Positions 8,688-18,179 are shown, counted from the stretch's first letter. The stretch is DNA of 64,000 nucleotides from a virus (IMGVR_UViG_3300044729_002487:21515-85514), one strand, 5' to 3'. Translations and numbers: made by a program. The notes: a model not told the origin generated them from the sequence alone.

Positions 8688-10565
8688 ATGGCAGATACTT
8701 CATTACGGACACGATTACGCAGACTATTTTCTACCAGTGTAGTCGTTAGGCGTATCGCAAAAAACCGATTAAAGGTAGTCGATGCTAATAAATTACAGTC
8801 ATCCGGTAACATGCAGAACCCGTCATGGGTAGATCGTTTTGCTGGATTGCATCGTGGGCAAAATGGTTATATCACTTATAATCAAACTTACAATTTTCAT
8901 CAATCAAAATTAGAATTATTTTCTGATTATGAGGCAATGGATATGGATCCTATATTATCATCGGCGTTAGATATTTACGCGGATGAGTCGACAGTAAAAA
9001 ATACCGAAGGTGATACATTAACAATTTCATCTACTAATCCAGAAATTCAAAAAGTACTACGTAATTTATTTTATGATATATTAAACATAGACTACAATTT
9101 ATGGCCATGGATTCGCAACGCATGTAAGTATGGTGATTTCTTTTTGCATTTAGATATTGAAGAAGAAGTTGGTATTGTCAATGTAACACCATTGTCATCA
9201 TATGAAATTCGGAGAGAAGAAGGATTTGATCCAAACAACCCATATGCATATCGATTTGTATTGGAAGGTACTCATATGTCTTATGCAAATGCGACAAGAC
9301 CAAATCCACAGCAATTTGAAAATTATGAAGTAGCTCATTTCCGTTTAATATCAGATTCAAATTTCTTGCCATATGGTAAATCAATGATTGAGCCAGCTCG
9401 TAAGATTTTTAAACAATTAGCGTTAATGGAAGATGCGATGTTAATCCAACGTATTATGCGTGCACCGGAACGTCGTATTTTCAAAATAGATGTAGGAAAT
9501 ATTCCACCTCATGAGGTTGATAATCATATGCAACAGATTATTAACAAAATGAAAAAGATTCCATATATGGATGAAAAGACTGGGGAATATAATCTTAAGT
9601 TCAATATGGAAAACATGATGGAAGATTATTATCTTCCTGTACGCGGTTCTGAATCTGGTACATCTATTGAATCTTTACCTGGATTAACAAATGATGGTCA
9701 AATTGAAGATATTGAATATCTACGTAATAAAATGATGGCCGCATTAAAAATACCAAAAGCCTTTTTAGGTTATGATGAAGGTGTTGAAGGTAAAGCAACA
9801 TTAGCGGCGGAAGATGTACGATTTGCAAGAACAATTGAACGTATTCAAAAAATCTTTATTTCTGAGCTTACGAAAATTGCAATAGTACATTTATATACAC
9901 AAGGATTTACGGATGAAAATTTAGTTGACTTTTCTTTGGATTTAGTTTCACCAAGTATTATCTATCAGAAACAAATGGTGGAGTTGATGGAATCTAAAAT
10001 TGGTTTAGCTAATACATTAAAAGAATCATTGATGTTTTCTGAACAATGGATTTATGAAAACATATTTAATCTTTCAGCACAGGAATGGACAGAAGAACGT
10101 GACCGAGTAATTGAAGACCAAAAAGAAGCATTCCGTAGAGAACAAATCAAATCAGAAGGAAATGATCCTAAGAAGACAAATATGAGTTTTGGTACACCGC
10201 ATGATATTGCATCAATGCACGTTGCATCTAAAGGTACATTGTTACCTGGCATGGAACAAGAGCATGTAGGTGGTAGTGGTAGACCAAAAGAGCCAGGTAC
10301 ATGGGGTAAACATTCAAGCCCTCATGGAAGAGATCCGTTAGGAATAAAAGCATTATCAGGTACATTTAATACAGACAAGTCCCCATTAGATACAAAGTTT
10401 AGAAAATCATCACCATTAAGCGTTGAGAATAAACAAATTGTCGATACATTGCGCGGATCGTCTTTAAAAACAAAAAGTATAATTCAGGAATCTATATCCG
10501 AAACAACTGTATCAAATGAAGATGCAGGAACGATGTTAGATGAATCACAATTACTTGAGGATTAA
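8688..10565 (+). CDS. Portal protein (T4 gp20-like)
   Basis: MEDAMLIQRIMRAPERRIFKIDVGNIP, EDYYLPVRG, IEDIEYL...ALKIPK; follows the terminase. Confidence 0.95.
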   Translation: MADTSLRTRLRRLFSTSVVVRRIAKNRLKVVDANKLQSSGNMQNPSWVDRFAGLHRGQNGYITYNQTYNFHQSKLELFSDYEAMDMDPILSSALDIYADESTVKNTEGDTLTISSTNPEIQKVLRNLFYDILNIDYNLWPWIRNACKYGDFFLHLDIEEEVGIVNVTPLSSYEIRREEGFDPNNPYAYRFVLEGTHMSYANATRPNPQQFENYEVAHFRLISDSNFLPYGKSMIEPARKIFKQLALMEDAMLIQRIMRAPERRIFKIDVGNIPPHEVDNHMQQIINKMKKIPYMDEKTGEYNLKFNMENMMEDYYLPVRGSESGTSIESLPGLTNDGQIEDIEYLRNKMMAALKIPKAFLGYDEGVEGKATLAAEDVRFARTIERIQKIFISELTKIAIVHLYTQGFTDENLVDFSLDLVSPSIIYQKQMVELMESKIGLANTLKESLMFSEQWIYENIFNLSAQEWTEERDRVIEDQKEAFRREQIKSEGNDPKKTNMSFGTPHDIASMHVASKGTLLPGMEQEHVGGSGRPKEPGTWGKHSSPHGRDPLGIKALSGTFNTDKSPLDTKFRKSSPLSVENKQIVDTLRGSSLKTKSIIQESISETTVSNEDAGTMLDESQLLED

Positions 10566-10636
10566 ATGTATATGGAATTGGCAGAAACTGGATATTTATT
10601 AAAAACATGTGTACTATCATATAAGGATTCTTTTTC

Positions 10637-11485
10637 ATGAAAAAGATTAAACATTCAAAGATAAAAAATACGGGCTTGGTATTCGAGCTTTTAGTTCGTC
10701 AAGTCGCAGTAGACACGATGAATAATAGAAATTCTGCATCATTATCAATCCTTAATAAATTCTTTAAAGGATCAACAGAATTATCAAAAGAACTTAAATT
10801 ATATCGTTCTTTACAAGAAGAAACATTTAACACTGAAAATAAAGCAATTAAATTTATTGATGCAGTTGTTTCGGCTCGTAAAACATTAAATGAAGCACAA
10901 TTGAAACGTGAGAAATATAATTTAATTAAAGAACTTAAAAATCGATTTGATATTGAAGAATTCTTTAAATCACGTGTTTCTAATTATAAATTACATGCAT
11001 CTATTTATAATATCTTTGAGCATTCTGAAGCGGATGAGCCAGGCGTATATGTACGTAATAAATTCATCGTTTGCGAACATGTGCAAGAGAAAAAGAATAA
11101 GTCTGAGGCTAAACCATCGTTAATGTCTGAAGATAAAGATGTTCGTATTTTGGCATCAAAAATTGTTATTGATAAATTTAATGAAAAATATTCCAAAACT
11201 TTAACAGGTAAACAAAAAAATATTTTACGTGAATTTATTAATAATGTAACAAATTCAGAAAAACTTAAAAAATACGTTGTTACTGAAACCAAAGGTATTC
11301 AAAAAGAATTGGCAGATCTTAAAATGTCAGTTGCTAGCAAAGTAGTACGTATTAAAATAAATGAAGTGACAAAATTACTATCTCAGTTACAAAAGAAACA
11401 TACCATTGAAGATAAAGATGTATTAACAATGCTTCGATATTATGAATTGATTAATGAGATTAAAAAATGTAAGGATGTGAAATGA
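10637..11485 (+). CDS. Head-module hypothetical protein
   Basis: Lys-rich helical 282-aa ORF between portal and protease, preceded by the late motif. Confidence 0.6.
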   Translation: MKKIKHSKIKNTGLVFELLVRQVAVDTMNNRNSASLSILNKFFKGSTELSKELKLYRSLQEETFNTENKAIKFIDAVVSARKTLNEAQLKREKYNLIKELKNRFDIEEFFKSRVSNYKLHASIYNIFEHSEADEPGVYVRNKFIVCEHVQEKKNKSEAKPSLMSEDKDVRILASKIVIDKFNEKYSKTLTGKQKNILREFINNVTNSEKLKKYVVTETKGIQKELADLKMSVASKVVRIKINEVTKLLSQLQKKHTIEDKDVLTMLRYYELINEIKKCKDVK

Positions 11486-11778
11486 GCCAAGGACCATATA
11501 TAATTGCAGATTCATATAGCCAATTCGAGAGACATGGCCATCCGGGAAAATATGTTCATCCTATAAAAGTCACAAATGCAACCGTCGAATTCACGGGTTC
11601 ATTATATGGATATGGTGCAATATTAGTACAAAATAATACAGGTTTGGAAGTAACCGCATCTAATGGTGTTGGTATACCCGGAGCTGCTTTTACTACCGGT
11701 ATAGTACATGAAGTTGGTATTCGTCGTATAAAAGCTGGAGCTTCTGGTATAGTTTATGTATTTAGGAGACAACAATAA
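11482..11778 (+). CDS. Small beta-rich virion protein (hypothetical)
   Basis: ATGA-coupled 98-aa ORF in the head module. Confidence 0.55.
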   Translation: MSQGPYIIADSYSQFERHGHPGKYVHPIKVTNATVEFTGSLYGYGAILVQNNTGLEVTASNGVGIPGAAFTTGIVHEVGIRRIKAGASGIVYVFRRQQ

Positions 11779-12629
11779 TGGGTTTACTGCAAGACATAGA
11801 TCGTTCATTTAAGCGTTTATATGAAAGTGTCGATAAGATATCTGACAAAGAAGCTGAAATGGACTTTGATGATTTAGATGATAAAGACGTTGACAATGAC
11901 GGTGATTCTGATAAGTCAGATAAATACCTACATAACAAATTAGGCAATGTTGCTAAAAGGGTAGATGAAACGGCATATAAAGAAGTAAAAGCAAAGTATG
12001 CAGGTAGACCAGTTGTTATACATTATATTGGTAATGATATGACAAAATGGTTAGTGACATTTACTAAAACAAATAAAACAGTTCCATATGCTGATGTGGT
12101 TGCAAACCTTACAGATATGAGTGGTAAACCAATCGGCTTTCCATCCGGGTTTCGTTCAATGTATGAAGCTGATGAAGAGGAATTGGAAGAGATGTCAACT
12201 ACTGCCGGAGTACCTGGTTATCAAACTCCATTTGCATTTGGTGATGCAGATGAAGATACATATGGTCAAGGCGGTATGAAGAAAGTTAAAAAGACTAACC
12301 GTATATTCAAACCTATGGAATCAAAGTCTACTTTTAAAAAAATGATGTCTGAAATGTATGGTGTAAAATCATCTACAAATGAAGCGGTATCATATAGAGA
12401 TTATAAAAAAGATCCTACATCAACTCCTCAACAAAAAGTTAACAAAGGTATTGCCGAAGTTAATGCTATGTTAAGCGAAATGGAAAAGATTGTAGCAAAT
12501 AACTTAAGATTGAAAACCGAAATGGGTGTACAATCAAATCATTTTTGGAAATCGACTGGTGCTCGTTTTGCAAAGATAAATGAACGAATGACTCGTATTG
12601 CAAATAAATTAAAGGAACTATCACAATGA
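11778..12629 (+). CDS. Hypothetical head protein with DxDxDG Ca-binding-like motif
   Basis: DLDDKDVDNDGDSDKSDKYL; LEE-MSTTAGVPGYQTPFAF; several xxE putative cleavage sites. Confidence 0.6.
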   Translation: MGLLQDIDRSFKRLYESVDKISDKEAEMDFDDLDDKDVDNDGDSDKSDKYLHNKLGNVAKRVDETAYKEVKAKYAGRPVVIHYIGNDMTKWLVTFTKTNKTVPYADVVANLTDMSGKPIGFPSGFRSMYEADEEELEEMSTTAGVPGYQTPFAFGDADEDTYGQGGMKKVKKTNRIFKPMESKSTFKKMMSEMYGVKSSTNEAVSYRDYKKDPTSTPQQKVNKGIAEVNAMLSEMEKIVANNLRLKTEMGVQSNHFWKSTGARFAKINERMTRIANKLKELSQ

Positions 12630-12787
12630 TTCCAGATAGATCATGGCAACAATTTATTAAAGCCAAAGAAAATCAAAATTTACCATTGCAAGAGCAAAAA
12701 AGGAAATATGCAGACGAACGAAAACGTTTTGAACAGCAAAGAGCATTCGTCAATTCTGGATTATTCATGCAAGGACTAAAAAAATGA
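12626..12787 (+). CDS. Small hypothetical protein (53 aa, below the ORF track cutoff)
   Basis: MIPDRSWQQFIKAKENQNLPLQEQKRKYADERKRFEQQRAFVNSGLFMQGLKK; ATGA overlaps at both ends; AAAGGA upstream. Confidence 0.65.
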   Translation: MIPDRSWQQFIKAKENQNLPLQEQKRKYADERKRFEQQRAFVNSGLFMQGLKK

Positions 12788-13389
12788 GTAAGCAATTATT
12801 AGTAGATTATACATTGTTTGAAGTATCGCCTCAACAAATAAATGAGTCATTAAATAATAATGGTGGCCGTTTAATTGTTAATGGTGTATTGCAACGAGCA
12901 GAAGCTAAGAATCAAAATGGACGTATCTATCCTAGAAACATATTAATGCGCGAAGCAAACAAATATGCTGATTCATTTATTAAAGAGCGTAGAGCGTTAG
13001 GAGAATTAGATCATCCAGATTCATCCGTTGTTAATTTGAACAATGTATCTCATAACGTATTAGATATGAAATGGCAAGGAAATGACCTTGTTGGTACAGT
13101 TGAGGTATTATCTACCCCAGCTGGTAACATATTAAAAGAACTGTTCAAAGCAGGAATAAAACTAGGGATTTCGTCACGTGGAATGGGTTCGGTTAAGGAA
13201 GTTATGCGTGAAGGTGAAAATACTGTTGAGGTACAAGCTGACTTTGAACTTATTGCATTTGACTTTGTATCAAATCCATCTACTCATGGAGCATTTTTAT
13301 CACCAGTAAATGAGTCAGTTAACAGAGTGGTTGCAGATAAATATGCAAATGTTAATACGCTTATTTCTAACATAATTAGGGAGTTTTAA
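12784..13389 (+). CDS. Prohead maturation protease (T4 gp21-like)
   Basis: KNQNGRIYP, ALGELDHP, VSHN, LGISSRGMGS, FDFVSNPSTHGAF. Confidence 0.95.
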   Translation: MSKQLLVDYTLFEVSPQQINESLNNNGGRLIVNGVLQRAEAKNQNGRIYPRNILMREANKYADSFIKERRALGELDHPDSSVVNLNNVSHNVLDMKWQGNDLVGTVEVLSTPAGNILKELFKAGIKLGISSRGMGSVKEVMREGENTVEVQADFELIAFDFVSNPSTHGAFLSPVNESVNRVVADKYANVNTLISNIIREF

Positions 13390-13390
13390 A

Positions 13391-13648
13391 ATGGCACTTA
13401 TTGATTTATCACATACATCGGCATATGGTCCGAATAACCGAGGCAAAAAAGGAACTGGTACTGCATTAGGACCTAACAATTCGCCATTACCGAATGCACA
13501 ATTTGGTAACCCTACTGCAAACGCTGCTACATTTAATTCATTACAAGATGCATCACATGCTAGCTTATACGGACCTTTCAATAAAGTAGGAAGTAAAGGT
13601 ACAGGCATTTCACCTGACTTATTTGGTAATATTCCATCGGAGTTATAA
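13391..13648 (+). CDS. Small hypothetical protein with internal repeat
   Basis: SAYGPNNRGKKGTG / SLYGPFNKVGSKGTG duplication. Confidence 0.55.
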   Translation: MALIDLSHTSAYGPNNRGKKGTGTALGPNNSPLPNAQFGNPTANAATFNSLQDASHASLYGPFNKVGSKGTGISPDLFGNIPSEL

Positions 13649-13650
13649 TA

Positions 13651-14193
13651 ATGAATTTACAAAAACGATATGCGCAATTATTTGAAGGTAAACTTCGAAG
13701 TAATGATAAAGCCTTATTAGCAGAAGGTGATATGACAAGACAATATGACGGATTTATTGTATCTTCGGTAGATAATAAACTAAAATATAAGTTCCGTTAT
13801 ATGAAAGGTATACGAAATAATAAAGTAGAAGATGTAGCTATAGCAGATGTAATGAAAAAGACTGGAAAGCCTCGTTCATACTTTTGGGTTACTGGTGGTA
13901 TTAAAAAAGGTCAATGGGATCAAACTAAAGCAGAAATATTAGAAACTCGTATTAAAGAAGCTAATGAAATTCCATTACCAGAAGATATAATAAAAGATGG
14001 CATGGATGAAGTTAATCGTGTAATCGATGAACTACGTGATTTAGAACAGACTGTTATGTCATCTATTGAAATGTATCAAGAAGAAACAGGTGATTTACGA
14101 TTTGAACAAATTTTAAATCAAGGCGCTCGTTACATTCAATCTGCAGAACGCAATTTAGAATATTTACATAAAATGTTAAAAAGGAATCTCTAA
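13651..14193 (+). CDS. Putative internal head protein (MNL..Y..LF...SND..LL.E leader)
   Basis: Leader shared with the ORFs at 44910 and 52440. Confidence 0.6.
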   Translation: MNLQKRYAQLFEGKLRSNDKALLAEGDMTRQYDGFIVSSVDNKLKYKFRYMKGIRNNKVEDVAIADVMKKTGKPRSYFWVTGGIKKGQWDQTKAEILETRIKEANEIPLPEDIIKDGMDEVNRVIDELRDLEQTVMSSIEMYQEETGDLRFEQILNQGARYIQSAERNLEYLHKMLKRNL

Positions 14194-14194
14194 T

Positions 14195-14965
14195 ATGAAA
14201 TCGTGGGAACAACAATTAATGCGACATATCCTAAACGAAAAGTTTTTAGGAGAAGACGAAAAACCAGAACTGCGAAAAGAAGATAAAAAAGCATTTTTGG
14301 AGGCAGTTGCTAATTATCATCGTTTAGGTGAAATGGTATATGCTAAACGTGGTTTGAAAGAGGTTACTAAAACTGTACAAGGCATTGTTGAAAAAGCCGA
14401 AGCACTAACACTTCAAGAATCTGAGCATTGGTTTGACAATGTTACGGTATCGCGCCATATGAAACAATTGAAAGAAGCTTATAAGGTGTTTGAAAAAACA
14501 GCTGGTGAGATGTCTGGTCTGCAACAACGGTTAGAAGCAGCGTATGATGATATGGGTTCTATTTTAGGACGTTATTATAAAGTCGGTAATTCATTAAATG
14601 AAGATGATTATCAATATACAGCTGGCGTAGATGATGAAGGGCCTGCATTAGAAGAAGATACTTATACAGCTGGTGTAGATGACGAAGGTCCTGCATTAGA
14701 AGAAACTGCTAGAAAAAAAAAGTTATCGCGCTTAAACGAAGGCACTGATTATACGTTTTCGGGTACAGATAAATTCATGGATCGAGTTGCAGTCAACGTG
14801 TTTAAAAAACACGGCATCGGTCAGTCTAAGTTGAATCGTGAATATGATGCAAATGAGGGCATTGTTGAATTTACAGTAAATCTAGAAGATGCGTTAGTTA
14901 ATAAAATTAGTAAAGAGCTTGAAACGGTTGATAGAGGTAAGGGAGAATATGGCGGATATTATTAA
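14195..14965 (+). CDS. Hypothetical head-module protein
   Basis: 256-aa ORF with leader ending HILNE; contains tandem YTAGVDDEGPALEE. Confidence 0.6.
   Translation: MKSWEQQLMRHILNEKFLGEDEKPELRKEDKKAFLEAVANYHRLGEMVYAKRGLKEVTKTVQGIVEKAEALTLQESEHWFDNVTVSRHMKQLKEAYKVFEKTAGEMSGLQQRLEAAYDDMGSILGRYYKVGNSLNEDDYQYTAGVDDEGPALEEDTYTAGVDDEGPALEETARKKKLSRLNEGTDYTFSGTDKFMDRVAVNVFKKHGIGQSKLNREYDANEGIVEFTVNLEDALVNKISKELETVDRGKGEYGGYY
14615..14704 (+). repeat. Intragenic tandem duplication, 48-bp period (YTAGVDDEGPALEE x2)
   Basis: tatacagctggcgtagatgatgaagggcctgcattagaagaa and tatacagctggtgtagatgacgaaggtcctgcattagaagaa differ only at synonymous positions. Confidence 0.9.
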
Positions 14966-14974
14966 TATAAAACA

Positions 14975-15006
14975 TTTGGTACTTTGAAATAAAGTTATTA
15001 TATTTA
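14975..15006 (+). promoter_or_regulatory. Bacteroidota-type promoter for bS21
   Basis: TTTG 14975-14978, N20, TATATTTA 14999-15006. Confidence 0.7.
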
Positions 15007-15029
15007 AAGAGTTATTAATAAAAAAGTAT

Positions 15030-15284
15030 ATGAGTAAAATAGAAAAACGAATCGATCACATTATCCCAGGACAGACTCTGGGTGTTAAAGTTACTAAAAC
15101 AAAAAGATTTCCAGAAGGCGACGTTAATGGAGCAATTTTAAAATGGAAACGAATGGTAAAGGATGCGGGTGTATTGGATGAAGTTAAAGACCGTCAGGAA
15201 TTTAAAAAGAAGTCAATCGCTAAGCGTGATCAATTAAGTAAAGCCAAATATATACAAAAGATTCAAAGAGAAAATAATTTCTAA
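15030..15284 (+). CDS. rpsU: Phage-encoded 30S ribosomal protein bS21
   Basis: GDVNGAILKWKRMVKDAGVLDEVKDRQEFKKKSIAKR matches the bS21 pattern (ALKxFKR...E.R.R..F.KPS..RR); C-terminal KAKYIQ resembles Bacteroidota bS21. Confidence 0.85.
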   Translation: MSKIEKRIDHIIPGQTLGVKVTKTKRFPEGDVNGAILKWKRMVKDAGVLDEVKDRQEFKKKSIAKRDQLSKAKYIQKIQRENNF

Positions 15285-15306
15285 AAAAATCTTAAAAAAG
15301 TTTTCC

Positions 15307-15444
15307 TAATTCGGTGGTTTAAACTCCTCGTGCAATATATATTATTGTAACATGATACTACGTTCCAATACGTAGTCACTCAAATATTTTTATACTATCT
15401 ATTAAGATTTCAAATAATCTTACTTCCGAATTAAATACGAGGAG
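15307..15444 (+). promoter_or_regulatory. Structured leader of the scaffold/major capsid operon with anti-SD
   Basis: CTCCTCGT 15324-31 is complementary to ACGAGGAG 15437-44 (SD). TAATTCGG 15307-14 pairs with CCGAATTA 15426-33. Hairpins ACTACGT/ACGTAGT and TAAGATT/AATCTTA. Confidence 0.6.
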
Positions 15445-15452
15445 CAAATCAA

Positions 15453-16313
15453 ATGAGAGATTTATTAAAAGAAGCTATTGCTGACGCAAAAGCCGTAAGG
15501 GAAACTGCACTAGCTAACGCAAAAATTGCATTAGAAGAAGCATTCACTCCAAGACTTCAAAGCATGCTTTCTGCACGTTTAGCAGAAGAAGAAGAAATGG
15601 AAGAGCCTGAAATGACTGAAGAAGAAGAAATGGACATGGAAGAGCCTGTTGCCGAAGGTGATGAAGAAGATTACATGGCAGAGGAAGAGGAAATGGAAAT
15701 GGAAGAAGGTGAAGACATGGAAATGGAAGAGCCTGTTTCTGAAGAAGAAGAGATGGATGCTGAGTTAGAAGAAATTCTTCGCGAACTTGAAGGTAGCGAT
15801 GAAGAGGAAATGACTGAAGAAGAAGAAATGGAAGAGCCAGTCGCTGAGGGCGAAGAGGAAGAAGAAGTTTCTATCGAAGAAGTAATTCGTGCTTTACGTG
15901 AAGAAGAAGAAATGGAAGAAGAGCCAGTAACTGAAGAAGAGGAAGCTCCGGAAGCTGAAGCTGAATTGGAAGAAGCTATTCGAGTTATCAAATTCTTAAA
16001 GTCTAAATTGAATGAAGTTAATCTTCTTAATGCAAAATTGTTATTCTCTAACAAGTTGTTTAGAAATTATCCGTTATCTGAAGCTCAGAAAATGAAAGTT
16101 ATTGAAAACTTCGACCGAGCTAAATCAGTACGAGAAGTGAAATTAGTGTACGGTACAATTGCCGAATCATTAAAATCACCAAAAACAAAACGACCAATGG
16201 TCAAAGAAAGCTATGCTTCAAAACCAAGCCGATCTACAGCTCCTAAAAAAGCTATCCTTTCTGAAGGAACTACATTGGCAGCACGTTGGAAAAAATTAGC
16301 TAATTTAAAGTAA
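15453..16313 (+). CDS. Prohead core/scaffold protein (gp22-like position)
   Basis: Extremely Glu-rich, directly upstream of the major capsid gene, strong SD. Confidence 0.8.
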   Translation: MRDLLKEAIADAKAVRETALANAKIALEEAFTPRLQSMLSARLAEEEEMEEPEMTEEEEMDMEEPVAEGDEEDYMAEEEEMEMEEGEDMEMEEPVSEEEEMDAELEEILRELEGSDEEEMTEEEEMEEPVAEGEEEEEVSIEEVIRALREEEEMEEEPVTEEEEAPEAEAELEEAIRVIKFLKSKLNEVNLLNAKLLFSNKLFRNYPLSEAQKMKVIENFDRAKSVREVKLVYGTIAESLKSPKTKRPMVKESYASKPSRSTAPKKAILSEGTTLAARWKKLANLK

Positions 16314-16335
16314 TCGAGAAAAAGGGAAACAAAAA

Positions 16336-18063
16336 ATGAATTTGAATTCTTTATTACCTCATGATGCTCAAAGTACTCAAAACAAAGTTGCTATCGCTTT
16401 AGAAAAGAAGTGGCAACGTACAGGTCTTTTAGAAGGACTTGATAATGAGGTTGAGCGCAGAGGAATGGCGGTTCTATTAGAGAACCAAGCAAAACAATTG
16501 GTAACAGAAGCTAACGCAACTTCTACTTCTGCAAATGCTGAAGAGTGGGCTGGTGTTGCTTTACCATTAGTACGTCGTATCTTTGCTGAAATTGCAGCTA
16601 AAGATTTCGTTTCTGTACAACCTATGAACCTTCCTTCTGGACTAGTATTCTTCTTGGATTTCAAGTATGGTACCGCTCAGCAAGTAAAAGGATCTACCGC
16701 TGGTGGTAATGATTTTTTAACTGGCCAAGGACGTAAGTCTCAAGGTGATTCAGTATTTGGTATTACTGATGCTGGTGGTCTTGGAACTGAGGCAGCTGGT
16801 GGAACTGCTCCATCCGAAGGTCTTTATGGTGCTGGACGTTTTGGTTATACAATCAATGACGTGACATCATCTACTTTCACATTGGCTAACTCTGTAACAT
16901 CTGCTCGTACAGGATCTGTTGCAGTTGGTACTGGTGTATTCTCAAACGGTGGTAACTTAACAGGTGCTAGATTTGATTATGTTACTAACTACAATTCAGA
17001 ATTATCTGCATCAGTAGTTTCTACCGGAGCTGGACCATTTACTATCTTATCAATTCCTACCGCATCATTGAGCAATCCTGACTTGAATGGTCTTCGTGCA
17101 TTCAACGTACAAGGTACTAACTTAGATGCTGTATATCCTGAATTCACTCGCCTTTCTAAAGGAAAAGGTCATATTGAATTCTTAGTTGAAGCTGATAGCG
17201 ACTTGAATGCAGTAACAGTAATCTACCAAAAACAACCAGGTGCTGCTAGCCGTGGTGATTTTGAAGATCCAACTGCACTTACAAATAACGTTAAAGCTGC
17301 TTATTTAGATATCCCAGAAATTAACTTGGAACTTCGTTCTGAAGCAATCGTTGCTAAGACTCGTAAGTTAAAAGCAATCTGGTCTCCTGAATTCGCTCAA
17401 GACCTTAACGCATACCACTCAATTGATGCTGAAGCTGAATTAACTTCTATGTTATCTGAGTACATCTCCCAAGAGATTGACCTAGAGATCTTAGACATGT
17501 TGATCCAAAATGCTCAGACAGTCGATCGTTGGTCTGCTAAAATTGGTTTTGAGTGGTCTGCCGCTTCTAACTCATTCGTTCAGTCTAATGCTACTGCTCA
17601 AGCATACAACCAAGGAACTTGGTTCCAAACATTAGGAACTAAAATCCAGAAAGTAAGCAACCGTATTCACCAATTAACAGTACGTGGTGGAGCAAACTTC
17701 TTAGTATGTTCTCCATCTGTAGCTACTATCCTTGAGTCAATCCCAGGATATGCTGCTGATACTGATGGTGATAAAATGCAGTTTGCAATGGGTGTACAAA
17801 AAGTTGGTGCTATTAATAATAGATTCCAAGTTTATAAAAACCCATACATGACTGAAAATGTAATCCTTATGGGTTATAGAGGATCTCAATTCCTTGAAAC
17901 AGGTGCTGTATATGCTCCATATGTTCCGTTGATCATGACTCCATTAGTGTACGATCCTAACAACTTTACACCAAGAAAAGGTGTTATGACTCGTTACGCT
18001 AAGAAAATGGTTCGTCCAGAATTCTACGGAAAAGTATATGTTTCTGCATTGGATACCATCTAA
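16336..18063 (+). CDS. Major capsid protein (T4 gp23-like)
   Basis: LLENQ, PLVRR, VSVQPMNLPSGLVF, AKTRKLKAIWSPEFAQDL.AYH, YAPYVPL, GVMTRYA. Confidence 0.97.
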   Translation: MNLNSLLPHDAQSTQNKVAIALEKKWQRTGLLEGLDNEVERRGMAVLLENQAKQLVTEANATSTSANAEEWAGVALPLVRRIFAEIAAKDFVSVQPMNLPSGLVFFLDFKYGTAQQVKGSTAGGNDFLTGQGRKSQGDSVFGITDAGGLGTEAAGGTAPSEGLYGAGRFGYTINDVTSSTFTLANSVTSARTGSVAVGTGVFSNGGNLTGARFDYVTNYNSELSASVVSTGAGPFTILSIPTASLSNPDLNGLRAFNVQGTNLDAVYPEFTRLSKGKGHIEFLVEADSDLNAVTVIYQKQPGAASRGDFEDPTALTNNVKAAYLDIPEINLELRSEAIVAKTRKLKAIWSPEFAQDLNAYHSIDAEAELTSMLSEYISQEIDLEILDMLIQNAQTVDRWSAKIGFEWSAASNSFVQSNATAQAYNQGTWFQTLGTKIQKVSNRIHQLTVRGGANFLVCSPSVATILESIPGYAADTDGDKMQFAMGVQKVGAINNRFQVYKNPYMTENVILMGYRGSQFLETGAVYAPYVPLIMTPLVYDPNNFTPRKGVMTRYAKKMVRPEFYGKVYVSALDTI

Positions 18064-18105
18064 TAGTTATTTAGTAATTGACAAATGACAATTGCTTAAT
18101 GCGAG

Positions 18106-18132
18106 AAAGGGAGGCTTCGGTCTCCCTTTTTT
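18106..18132 (+). terminator. Rho-independent terminator after the major capsid gene
   Basis: AAAGGGAGG-cTTCGg-TCTCCC-TTTTTT; cUUCGg tetraloop plus U tract. Confidence 0.9.
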
Positions 18133-18179
18133 ACTATCGTAACACATGTAACTACATATTTATATTAAAAGGAAAAAGT

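Noticed and set aside
15580-15975. GAAGAAGAAATGGAAGAGCC-type repeats in the scaffold gene as a CRISPR or DNA repeat array
   Set aside because: These are degenerate coding repeats of Glu-rich peptides, with no constant repeat-spacer structure.
18078-18179. ORF-track N-terminal extensions at 18078, 31118, 45139 and 57256
   Set aside because: They cross terminators or overlap upstream genes. Downstream ATGs (18180, 31217, 45169, 57304) fit SDs, gene spacing and motif starts better.
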